Assembly (NCBI GenBank): GCA_024274695.1
Contig: JAJSAI010000015.1
Location: 1-21,558 of the forward strand
Direction of reading: 5' to 3'
DNA from: an archaeon
GTDB taxonomy: Archaea > B1Sed10-29 > JAJSAI01
Length of the DNA: 21,558 bases
The translations under genes were made by a program, and so were the position numbers. The first letter of the stretch is position 1, and every line of letters begins with the position of its first letter. Of the stretch, positions 1 to 7,649 are shown in pieces. The notes under the pieces are model-generated. The model was not told the DNA's origin. It saw nothing but the letters and a program-made list of their open reading frames with translations, and searched no databases.

Positions 1-207
1 CACTTTTTCAGCATCAGAAGCTATCTGGCCCGCGGCCCTGTGCGCCACGACATCCTCCTTGCCCTCGTCCGTTTTCTCGGCAGCCGTGAAAACCACGAGA
101 CACTCTTCTACCCTCTGCTCTTTTCCCTTGATTTCCTCGGCCGCTTTCAGGGCTTTTTCCTTGGCCTTGAAGTTTATGTAGTCCGCGTGCACCAGCAGCA
201 GCCTCAT
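1..207 (-). CDS. thrS: Threonyl-tRNA synthetase, archaeal type; N-terminal editing domain (partial, runs off the left edge)
   Basis: Manual translation from ATG at 207 gives MRLLLVHADYINFKAKEKALKAAEEIKGKEQRVEECLVVFTAAEKTDEGKEDVVAHRAAGQIASDAEKV, open to position 1. This matches the archaeal ThrRS editing-domain start (MR.L.IH.DY..Y....KA...E.LV.F..VE..DE). Not in the supplied ORF track. A free-standing editing protein cannot be excluded. Confidence 0.88.
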   Translation of the reverse strand, partial: MRLLLVHADYINFKAKEKALKAAEEIKGKEQRVEECLVVFTAAEKTDEGKEDVVAHRAAGQIASDAEKV

Positions 208-252
208 GCTTCATGCACCCTTCCCAAGGTCTAGCGTGAAGGAAAAGAGGGA

Positions 253-498
253 TCATTCGAAGGAGTACTCCTTCAGCTGAACGTCTTCTGGGGTGACTCC
301 TTCCACGAGCGCTCCGACCTCCATCCCAGGAGTACCCTCTGGAACATCCTGCCTGTTCACCTGCAGTGACTTCACAGTGGCCTTTTTACCGTCAAAGTCT
401 ATGACGCTCCCTGGCTTGAGCGTGCCTTCTTTTATTCTTGCCGCGATCACGAGACCTACCTTGAGGTTGAACTTTTGGAAGACTTCCAGAACGCCCAT
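253..498 (-). CDS. Small stand-alone EF-Tu domain II / IF2 domain IV-like beta-barrel protein (putative tRNA-binding)
   Basis: 81 aa with GLVIAARIKEGTLKPG...VKSLQVNRQDVPEGTPGMEVGALV, the pattern of translation-factor beta-barrels. AGGTGA RBS upstream of the ATG. Confidence 0.8.
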   Translation of the reverse strand: MGVLEVFQKFNLKVGLVIAARIKEGTLKPGSVIDFDGKKATVKSLQVNRQDVPEGTPGMEVGALVEGVTPEDVQLKEYSFE

Positions 499-532
499 CC
501 ACTATCACCTGCAGGATTTTACTCTGCATGAG

Positions 533-547
533 CATATAAAGGTTTTG
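533..547 (-). promoter_or_regulatory. BRE + TATA box for the 253..498 gene
   Basis: Minus strand reads CAAAACC-TTTATAT, about 36 nt upstream of the ATG at 498, with the RBS in between. Confidence 0.6.
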
Positions 548-594
548 CGCTGCCTGCAAACGCATAAAAAGGTATTCTGATAAAGACTTTTTGT

Positions 595-897
595 ATGAGC
601 ATCCTCAGACCAAAGAAGGAGAAAAAACACCCCTTTTTCGTGAAAAGGCTTTCTGAAAAGATTCCTGGAAAGAGGGAATGGTCTAAGGAGTACTCTCTCT
701 TGCTCGAAAAGGCGCGGGCAGAGGGGCTCAGGCACAGGGTCCCGAAGAAACTGGTTGAAGAGTTTCTTGAAAGCGTCCGGCTCATTGACCAGGGGGAAAG
801 CCTGGAGAAGGTCATAAACCGGCTCAAGCAGAAGGGGATAAACGACCCGAGGATGTTCAGGGTCCTCGCAGAGAGGGCTGAGAAAAGAGGAGAATAA
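595..897 (+). CDS. Hypothetical protein, Lys/Arg/Glu-rich
   Basis: 100-aa ATG ORF filling the gap between a divergent and a convergent neighbour. Purine-rich codon usage like the real genes. No family recognised. Confidence 0.65.
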   Translation: MSILRPKKEKKHPFFVKRLSEKIPGKREWSKEYSLLLEKARAEGLRHRVPKKLVEEFLESVRLIDQGESLEKVINRLKQKGINDPRMFRVLAERAEKRGE

Positions 898-912
898 AAG
901 GGGTCTGAGCCC

Positions 913-2499
913 TCATTTCTGGTGTTCTCTGCACCACTTGCACAGCTTCAGGTGCTCTTCCATGTTAATGTTTCTCTTGTACTTCTCGTCCTCCAGCTTG
1001 TGGCCGACCCTTTTCTCGTACTCTTCTGCTGGGATTGAGTACTGTTCCTGGACCTTGTCCCTGTACTCGTGCGGCAGGACGTTGAACGCGCAGAATGGCA
1101 CGATCCTGCCGTCAGGCTGGATGTAGTGTATGGTGCACCTTTCCACCCTGTGCACGTCGTAGTTGTACGGGTCCTGGAAGTGCATCATGCCCACGAACAG
1201 CGTCTTGTAGTGGAATTCTCCCAGGGCTTTGTAGTCGTGCTTCACGAGCGCGTTGAACAACAGCCTGCCCAGGCTGAGGCCCTTAGGCGCTTTCTCTTTG
1301 TCTATGAAAGAGTTTATCTTGAGCAGGAGCTTTGCTCCCGTGAGGTACTTGTTGGACCCTGACCTCATTTCTTCCGCTCTTTCGTTCAGGTACTCTAGGA
1401 AGCCGTCAACGTCAAAGAACTCGGGCATCGCGACTATCCTGCCGTTGTCATTGAACAAATATGTGGCCATCCCGCACGCGAAGTGGTTGGTGAGCTTGTA
1501 CTGCTGTTTTTTGGTGAACGCTTCCACGAAGTTGGTGACTGCGTACGTGCTCGGGATCGGGAAGAAGTCGTCTTCCGTGAGCTCCCAGTCCTCGGGCACC
1601 TGCTCTACTATCTTGTGTATAACATCAGGGATCGTGATCCTCTGTTTCTCTCTTTCTGTTCTGGGCATCTGGCCGACGAGGGACACTGGCTGGTAGTCAA
1701 CTCCCCTTACTATGTCCATGTTCTCAACAGCGAACTGGAGGATGTCCCCTATCTCGTGATCGTTCACTCCCCGGATGACGGTGGGCACGAGCACGACCCC
1801 CAGCCCTGCCTTCCTGAGGTTGTTCAGGGCCAGGGGGACCTCGTAGTGGTTCTTGGGGTTCGTCTGGGGACTGACCCCGTCAAAGGACATGTACACAGTG
1901 TTAACCCCTGCTTCCCTCACCTGCTTGGCTAGGTCCGGCTTGAACGCCAGGTTTATTCCGTTCGTGTTAAGCTGCACGTGAGTGAACCCCTCTTCTCTTG
2001 CTATGCGGATTATGTCAATAAGGTCTTCCCTGAGGGTGGGTTCTCCTCCTGTCAGTTGTATTGCGGTCGGGGGCACGGGCTTTTCCGCCCTGAGTATCCT
2101 GAACATCTCCCTTATTTTCTCAAGCGAAGGCTCGTAAACGGGATTCCCTTTTTTAGCGTAGAAGAAGCAGTACCAGCATGAGAGGTCGCACCTGTTGGTC
2201 ACGGCGATGTTCGCAAGGTTCGTGTGGGTCTTGTGCCTCTTGCACAAGCCGCAGTCGTGAGGGCAGTTTTCTCCAGTGTTCCTCACGTTAGGGTTCATCA
2301 CGCCCTGCCAGCCGTCAACCTTGTACTGTTCTGCCTTGTGGTACATGTTAGCGTCGGACCAGTACACTTCCTCGAACTTCCCGTGTTCAGGGCACTCTTT
2401 TCTTATGAATATTTTTCCGTCCCGCTCGAAAACCTCTGCGGGCAGGGTCTTGTAACACTCTGGGCAAATAGAATGTGTTTTCTCGAGCACTACTTCCAT
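913..2499 (-). CDS. tes: Radical SAM tetraether lipid synthase (Tes / GDGT-MAS, MJ0619 family)
   Basis: N-terminal CPEC...CPEHG metal site, CPHDCGLCKRH cluster motif, radical-SAM CDLSCWYC, QLTGGEPT, QLNTNG, and C-terminal HFACG / RCTIHY / PFCAFN. GGAGGT RBS at 2508-2513. Confidence 0.9.
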   Translation of the reverse strand: MEVVLEKTHSICPECYKTLPAEVFERDGKIFIRKECPEHGKFEEVYWSDANMYHKAEQYKVDGWQGVMNPNVRNTGENCPHDCGLCKRHKTHTNLANIAVTNRCDLSCWYCFFYAKKGNPVYEPSLEKIREMFRILRAEKPVPPTAIQLTGGEPTLREDLIDIIRIAREEGFTHVQLNTNGINLAFKPDLAKQVREAGVNTVYMSFDGVSPQTNPKNHYEVPLALNNLRKAGLGVVLVPTVIRGVNDHEIGDILQFAVENMDIVRGVDYQPVSLVGQMPRTEREKQRITIPDVIHKIVEQVPEDWELTEDDFFPIPSTYAVTNFVEAFTKKQQYKLTNHFACGMATYLFNDNGRIVAMPEFFDVDGFLEYLNERAEEMRSGSNKYLTGAKLLLKINSFIDKEKAPKGLSLGRLLFNALVKHDYKALGEFHYKTLFVGMMHFQDPYNYDVHRVERCTIHYIQPDGRIVPFCAFNVLPHEYRDKVQEQYSIPAEEYEKRVGHKLEDEKYKRNINMEEHLKLCKWCREHQK

Positions 2500-2525
2500 C
2501 TCACACTACCTCCGAACAAAGCCAA

Positions 2526-2545
2526 GGAAAAGAGTGGAAAAGAGT
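2526..2545 (-). repeat. Tandem 10-bp repeat ACTCTTTTCC x2; candidate U-tract terminator
   Basis: Plus strand GGAAAAGAGT GGAAAAGAGT, 3 nt after the stop of the 1272-aa gene. Confidence 0.55.
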
Positions 2546-2560
2546 TTTTTAAAGGGTTTT
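2546..2560 (-). promoter_or_regulatory. BRE + TATA for tes, overlapping the stop codon of the upstream gene
   Basis: Minus strand AAAACCC-TTTAAAAA (codons K-T-L-stop), about 47 nt upstream of the tes ATG, with the RBS in the leader. Confidence 0.5.
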
Positions 2561-5500
2561 GTTGCTCCTGCCGCAACAGACCGCGAACAGGGCGAGGGCG
2601 AACAGGAACGCGGTCAGGAGCGCGTCGTACCCTGGAGCGCTGACGACGGTCGTTGCCCCGGTGGTGCCCGTTGTTATGGAGCTTCCTCCCAGGAGTATTG
2701 GAGACAGGCTTGAAACGTTAGCCTGTATGCTGTTAGCGTTGGTGTCCAGGCTTCCTGCGACGGTCACCTCCTCCCAGGTCGCTCCGTTCCAGTGGTACAC
2801 CTTGAGGCTGTTCTCGCTAACTCCCGCCGCGCTGAGCTCCGCGTCAGTATAGTATATTGTTATCAGCGCCCCTCCACCGCCGTCGTTGATGACGTCAAAG
2901 TACTTTACGGCGGTGACAGGAGGCGTGACTCCTGTTGGGTTATAAGACCCGAGGACTGCTATGCTGGCATTACCCGCGGCGGTAAAGTTGGCTTCTATGA
3001 CTCCCGTTATGTTCAGCGTGCCTCCTGCTGAAACCGTCGCGTTAACATACTGGCTGGCAGTGTAGAATGTGTCCGATGCTGAAGCGCACGAACCGCAGTC
3101 GTTGCACATCGTGACATTGTACGAGTACTGTGTTCCAGGGGACAGCCCAGAGCACGAGACAGTGGCAGTGCCCGCTGCAGGGGACGTGTCCTGAGTGCAC
3201 AGGTTTCCGTTCACGTACACGGTGTAGTTTGCGGTTATACTGGACACTCCTATGTCAAGCCAGAGGGTGTCGTTCGAGACTGTGTTCACTGAAACAGCTG
3301 TTGAAACGCTTGGCGTTGGACAGAGCACGGTTATGCTCGTGTTTGTTGAGTTTGTGTTCCCTCCTGAGTCAGTACAGAGCGCCCAAGCGTAAGCGCTGTC
3401 AGGTGTTAACACTGTGTAGTTGTACTCCCATGTCCCGTTGGTACTGTTACCAGAGACCAGGGACATGTTGCCCACGGGCGTCCCGTTCCAGTAGAATTCA
3501 CATGAGAGCACACCGTAGTCGTCGGTCACGTTAACCCGGAAGGCGGTTGTTGAACCGTACGTTGCTGTGGTCGGCAGAAGTCCTGGCACCTGCGGTGGGT
3601 TAACGTCGGACGGGGCGGTGAGAGAGTAGACTTCTTTCATGCCGTAGTCTCTTGAAACCTTTATGTTGGAGATATTGAATTTTGCCTCCAGCTGCACGTA
3701 GGCGTCTACAAGGGCGGACACGCCCACGGTTATGTTCACGTTCTTGCAGTAGAACGGGTAGTTGGAAGCTGACGTCCACCCGCCTTTTGACGTGTTCCAG
3801 CAGTATACCGCGGCCCCGTTGTGCAGGTCCATTCCTAGCAGCGCGTCAGGCACGTAGTCTCCGTCAAAGTCAAGGAACCTGACGTCCCCGTTGTTGCTGC
3901 CCGTCTCCGCAGATGTGGCGTTACCGTAGGCGATGACCATCTCGCCGGATCCTACCGACGGGGTCACAGCGTAGTCGTAGTAGTTGCTCCAGAAGTTGTT
4001 CGTGTCGTAGTCGTCTGAGGAGGAGTACTCTCCGGCTTGTATTCCTCCTCCGACCGTGACAGTTCTTGCTTCAAGGGTCTTGCCGGTCTCGTTCCTGGTC
4101 ATGCTCGCCGAGATGTTGTACCCTATCCTCATGCTGGACATGTTTGAGATTACTATGTTCTCTACTGGGAACAGGAACTCTCTTCCTGACGCGCTCACCC
4201 ACACGGGTTGCATGTTGTTTCCGTTGGCCAGCGAGTACCTGAGGCTGTACGGCTGCCAGTTGTTGTTAGAATCCCTGTAGAATGTTTCCAGCTGCGCGGT
4301 GGACACCCTGATCATGAAGTCAGGATAGTAGTCCCCGTTGAAGTCAAAGTACCTCTCCTGCTGGTCAGCAGAGTTTATGTAGAATATCAGCATGCCGTGG
4401 TTTGATTTCGCGTACTCTGTCGCTGTCCAGTACCCGTTAGTGTCGTAGTCGTCTGCAGACGTGTACTCAGAGTAGTTTCCGTCAAAGACATAGTCTGAGA
4501 TTGTGAGTGACTCTGATGAGACGTTTGAGATCCAGGTAAAGTTCGCGAAAGACGAGCTAATCCCAGAGGTTGACCAGCCAGGGATAATGTTTCCTGTGAT
4601 GTTGTATGTTCCTGAGTCAACCTCGTAGGTGCTCCCTGTAACGCTCGTGTCATCATAGGTGTAATTGAACCACGCGTTCTTTGTTATCACGTGCCCGCCG
4701 TAGTCAGTAAAGTACCCTTCAATGAAGTAGTCCTCAAACTGCGGGTAGCACGACGCGAACACAAAGTACGGGGCTATCCCTGTTTCCTGCGGGCATGATC
4801 CGTACTTTGTTGAGGTGCTTTCGTTCCACGTCTGGTACCACTGGAAGTCAAGGGTCTCCGCGCCGAAGTTGTACCCTGACGCGAGGGTGTTCCCAGCATC
4901 ATCCACAACGTCTGAGATCATGGTCACCTGGAGTCCAGGCAGGGGCTTGTAACCGTCAGTTGTTTTGACAACGTGGTCAACAAGCCAACTCTGCTCGAAC
5001 ATGTGCGGCTGGGTTGACCCGTTCTGCAGGAAGAAGTCGTTGTTGTTGACGAGGTCAGTGTAGTTAGTGCCCCCTTCTGCGCCGAGCTCGTACCCTATGG
5101 CCTGCACCGCTGTAGAGTCGGTTATGAAAACGTTGCCGTCTACCACTACACCTGTTATGTTCCTGTGGTTCATTGCAGGATACCCGTTAACCTCCAGCAC
5201 GAGGGCGTTGTCCCCTGTGGAGTTTATCTCGTTGTTGGAGATCAGGATGTTCCCTGAAGAGGCTCCCTGGGAGACAAGGAGCACGTGAACGGTGACTCCA
5301 GGGCTCCCGAGAGTGTTTGACTCAAGGTATACGTTGGACGAGTCGTATATGCTGAGAAGGTCTCCTGTGGCGGTTGATGTCGCCACAGCGCGTGTGTTGT
5401 TGAGCACGAAGTACTGGGAGCCTTTCACGTTAAGAGCATCAATGTTGAGTACTGAGTCCTTGATCTCCGCCAGACCGAAGACGGTCATTACCTTCGTGTA

Positions 5501-6367
5501 CGTGGCTGAGGAGGATATAGTACTCCCATCATACATCTTCAGGCTCCCGCCGCTCCTGACCGTGAGGTACGCTCCTCCGAGCGAGATGTCAGTGTTTATC
5601 AGCGTGAGCGTGCCTGCTGAAACCACCATGTTCTGGGCAGGGTTTACAGCAGTGTTCTGGCATACGGTGTCCGCGTCTATAATCCAGTCTCCCACCCCGG
5701 AGTATGTTGATCCAGTACACCCGCTGGGTATTGTAAGGGTTTCAACAGCGGATATTGAGGAGTTGGGCCACATGTAAAACGGGGCTGGGGGGAGAAGGTC
5801 AACGGTTGTGTTGTACGCGGTGATGTTAGCTTTCCAGCTTCCGACAGCAAGCCCGGAAACGTCTATGGCCACTTCTGCACGCGCAGTCGTGTCAGCGGAG
5901 GTCACGGTCATGGCCCGCACTGGATAACCGTTGCAGGTCGTGGAAACCGATCCGAGAGAGTCCCCTGAGATTACGGTGTCCCACGCGTTTGAGGAGTAGT
6001 TGTAACAGTATACCCAGACACCGTGATTTCCTGAGGAGTTCTTCTGTATCCTCAGGGCAAGGTCAGCGGTACCGTTTGAGTTCAGGTCAATAAGCCTCAT
6101 CACGTTATACACTGTGGGCGGTGTTGAGTTCTCGCCCAGGAACACCCTTATTTTGAGGGTCTTGTACGCGGCATAGTCCTGGCCCCCGTCACTAGCGTAG
6201 ACAGGGGATCCGGACGCGTCAGTGTAGACCACCTGGTCCGCGGAGAGGTACTCTGACGGGCTTGCGTCAACAGCAGCAGAGTCCCTGTAGTTCAAGGTCA
6301 TCGCACCCGCCAGGGGAACAAACACCATTGCGGCAAAAAGGATGAACAGGGCTTTTGTCAGCTTCAT
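2549..6367 (-). CDS. Large secreted cell-surface (glyco)protein with beta-helix segment, triplicated Asp-rich domain, Ig/FN3-like modules and PGF-CTERM-like anchor
   Basis: 1272 aa. Signal peptide MKLTKALFILFAAMVFVPLAGA, many N-x-S/T sequons, Thr-rich linker, then VVSAPGYD + hydrophobic helix + GRSNK. GGAGG RBS at 6377-6381. Confidence 0.85.
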   Translation of the reverse strand: MKLTKALFILFAAMVFVPLAGAMTLNYRDSAAVDASPSEYLSADQVVYTDASGSPVYASDGGQDYAAYKTLKIRVFLGENSTPPTVYNVMRLIDLNSNGTADLALRIQKNSSGNHGVWVYCYNYSSNAWDTVISGDSLGSVSTTCNGYPVRAMTVTSADTTARAEVAIDVSGLAVGSWKANITAYNTTVDLLPPAPFYMWPNSSISAVETLTIPSGCTGSTYSGVGDWIIDADTVCQNTAVNPAQNMVVSAGTLTLINTDISLGGAYLTVRSGGSLKMYDGSTISSSATYTKVMTVFGLAEIKDSVLNIDALNVKGSQYFVLNNTRAVATSTATGDLLSIYDSSNVYLESNTLGSPGVTVHVLLVSQGASSGNILISNNEINSTGDNALVLEVNGYPAMNHRNITGVVVDGNVFITDSTAVQAIGYELGAEGGTNYTDLVNNNDFFLQNGSTQPHMFEQSWLVDHVVKTTDGYKPLPGLQVTMISDVVDDAGNTLASGYNFGAETLDFQWYQTWNESTSTKYGSCPQETGIAPYFVFASCYPQFEDYFIEGYFTDYGGHVITKNAWFNYTYDDTSVTGSTYEVDSGTYNITGNIIPGWSTSGISSSFANFTWISNVSSESLTISDYVFDGNYSEYTSADDYDTNGYWTATEYAKSNHGMLIFYINSADQQERYFDFNGDYYPDFMIRVSTAQLETFYRDSNNNWQPYSLRYSLANGNNMQPVWVSASGREFLFPVENIVISNMSSMRIGYNISASMTRNETGKTLEARTVTVGGGIQAGEYSSSDDYDTNNFWSNYYDYAVTPSVGSGEMVIAYGNATSAETGSNNGDVRFLDFDGDYVPDALLGMDLHNGAAVYCWNTSKGGWTSASNYPFYCKNVNITVGVSALVDAYVQLEAKFNISNIKVSRDYGMKEVYSLTAPSDVNPPQVPGLLPTTATYGSTTAFRVNVTDDYGVLSCEFYWNGTPVGNMSLVSGNSTNGTWEYNYTVLTPDSAYAWALCTDSGGNTNSTNTSITVLCPTPSVSTAVSVNTVSNDTLWLDIGVSSITANYTVYVNGNLCTQDTSPAAGTATVSCSGLSPGTQYSYNVTMCNDCGSCASASDTFYTASQYVNATVSAGGTLNITGVIEANFTAAGNASIAVLGSYNPTGVTPPVTAVKYFDVINDGGGGALITIYYTDAELSAAGVSENSLKVYHWNGATWEEVTVAGSLDTNANSIQANVSSLSPILLGGSSITTGTTGATTVVSAPGYDALLTAFLFALALFAVCCGRSNKTL
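3770..6253 (-). repeat. Three dispersed intragenic copies of an EYxSxD...D(F/L)(N/D)xxxxxD...W module
   Basis: Copy 1: EYLSAD (~6237-6253), DLNSNGTAD (6062-6088). Copy 2: EYTSADDYDTN (4436-4468), DFNGDYYPD (4319-4345). Copy 3: EYSSSDDYDTN (3998-4030), DFDGDYVPD (3845-3871). Confidence 0.7.
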
Positions 6368-6410
6368 GACTCACAACCTCCGATCTGGGTCTTTACAAAA
6401 CAAGACAGGA

Positions 6411-6418
6411 TTTATAAA
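6411..6418 (-). promoter_or_regulatory. TATA box for the 1272-aa surface protein gene
   Basis: TTTATAAA, 44 nt upstream of the ATG at 6367, with the RBS in between. Confidence 0.55.
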
Positions 6419-6432
6419 CATAGCGGTCTAAC

Positions 6433-6447
6433 ACAACCCTTATATAT
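6433..6447 (+). promoter_or_regulatory. BRE + TATA for the 6470..7638 unit (probably leaderless)
   Basis: ACAACCC-TTATATAT ends 22 nt before the ATG at 6470. No RBS. Confidence 0.6.
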
Positions 6448-6449
6448 TT

Positions 6450-6480
6450 TTGTTGCTAAAACAACAACAATGGGGTTGTT
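6450..6480. promoter_or_regulatory. Candidate operator TTGTT-N8-AACAA-N8-TTGTT
   Basis: Half-sites at 6450-6454, 6463-6467 and 6476-6480, between the TATA box and the first codons. Confidence 0.4.
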
Positions 6481-6922
6481 AAGAGCGCCTCCCAGGGAAA
6501 AGATCCTGGAAGCACTTTCATGCATTGCTGACGGCAGGATACTCGTGTCAGGTAACAGGGCAAAAGTGCTGTCCAGCACTGGAGAAAGGGAATACGAGGT
6601 GGAAATAATTGAGGAAGATAACAGGGTTAAGAGCACTGATCCAGCCACCAGGTGGCAGCACTACTACGGTTATCCTGTGATCGCGCTGCTCATGGAAAAG
6701 GGGATCATAAGCTTTGATCCTGAAGTAGCAGAGTACCTTAAGGGAATCCCCTGGAGAAGGTGGAATGAGGAGAACAAGAAAAAGCATGGCAGAGAATACC
6801 ACGAGGCCTCGTTCCAGCAGGCCCTAAGGCTTGCCAAGGAAAGGGGAGCAGACCCTGGGAGGATAAAGAAGTTTGTTGAAAAAGTCCTGGCAGAACTTGA
6901 CCAACTGGGGATGAGAGCATGA
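6470..6922 (+). CDS. Conserved hypothetical protein
   Basis: 150 aa. Motifs PP..K.LEAL..IADGR, V.SS.G.R.Y.V, GYP.IA.LM..G and LKGIPW..N recall an uncharacterised prokaryotic family. ATGA overlap with the next gene. Confidence 0.8.
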   Translation: MGLLRAPPREKILEALSCIADGRILVSGNRAKVLSSTGEREYEVEIIEEDNRVKSTDPATRWQHYYGYPVIALLMEKGIISFDPEVAEYLKGIPWRRWNEENKKKHGREYHEASFQQALRLAKERGADPGRIKKFVEKVLAELDQLGMRA

Positions 6923-7638
6923 GCGTTGTTGAGGATCTAAAAGAGCTTGGGTTTTCGGAGTACGAGGCCAAAGCGTATGTTGCGCTGGTGAAAGCAGGGA
7001 GCGCGAACGTGACAGAACTCAGCCAGTTGTGCGACGTGCCAAGATCCAACCTTTACGCTGTCATGGAAAAACTCTGCCAGAAGGGTTATGCGGAGATAGA
7101 AAAAAAGAGGCCCCTCGTGTTCAGAGCAGTTGACCCTAAGAGAGCATTAAACGAGGAGGCGGGCAGGAGGATAAAAGCGCTAAAGGAAGCGAGGGACCGG
7201 GCCGTGAGAGAACTTGAGAGTATAAAAGGGGAAAAGGGACCTATGATTCCCGCGATCGTCTGGGGCGTCAAGGGATTTGACGCGGTCCAGGACAAGGCCG
7301 TGGAGATGATAAAACGGGCGAAGAACGAGATAATGATAAACGTTCCCGACCCAGAAATCCTTTCTGACCCTGTCCTGGAAGAACTGAAAAAAGCGGTCAA
7401 GAGAAAGGTCAAGGTGAGGATAGCCACAGAGAACAAGAACCTTGACAGGATAAAGGGGATCGGGATCGTGAGGATCAGGGACAGGATACACGGGTTTGAC
7501 ATGGTCGTTGATGAGAGGGAGGTGATGGTCGCTCCAGCGATTCCTTTTGCTGCAGCGTGGCTTGACAATCCTGAAATGGCGGTGCACGTTAAGGACTTCC
7601 TGAACCTGGTGTGGAAGGATTCAAGAGTATTAAAATAA
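6919..7638 (+). CDS. TrmB-family transcriptional regulator
   Basis: N-terminal wHTH LGFSEYEAKAYVALV...ELSQLCDVPRSNLYAVMEKL..KG, a coiled linker, and a PLD-like effector domain (I.RAKNEI.I...VKVRI...VVDERE). Confidence 0.92.
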   Translation: MSVVEDLKELGFSEYEAKAYVALVKAGSANVTELSQLCDVPRSNLYAVMEKLCQKGYAEIEKKRPLVFRAVDPKRALNEEAGRRIKALKEARDRAVRELESIKGEKGPMIPAIVWGVKGFDAVQDKAVEMIKRAKNEIMINVPDPEILSDPVLEELKKAVKRKVKVRIATENKNLDRIKGIGIVRIRDRIHGFDMVVDEREVMVAPAIPFAAAWLDNPEMAVHVKDFLNLVWKDSRVLK

Positions 7639-7649
7639 CGGCTGGGAGA

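Noticed and set aside
14-256. ORFs 14..256(-) and 40..234(+)
   Set aside because: They are alternate-frame and antisense shadows of the ThrRS frame starting at 207.
901-912. Mini-hairpin GGGT-CTGA-GCCC between convergent genes
   Set aside because: Only 4 bp including a G-U pair; too weak to call a terminator.
913-2499. Annotation as 7,8-dihydro-6-hydroxymethylpterin dimethyltransferase or MoaA
   Set aside because: The motif set is that of the MJ0619 family, now established as tetraether/macrocyclic lipid synthase.
2526-2545. Tandem repeat as CRISPR or IS remnant
   Set aside because: Only two abutting 10-mers, with no spacers, cas genes or transposase.
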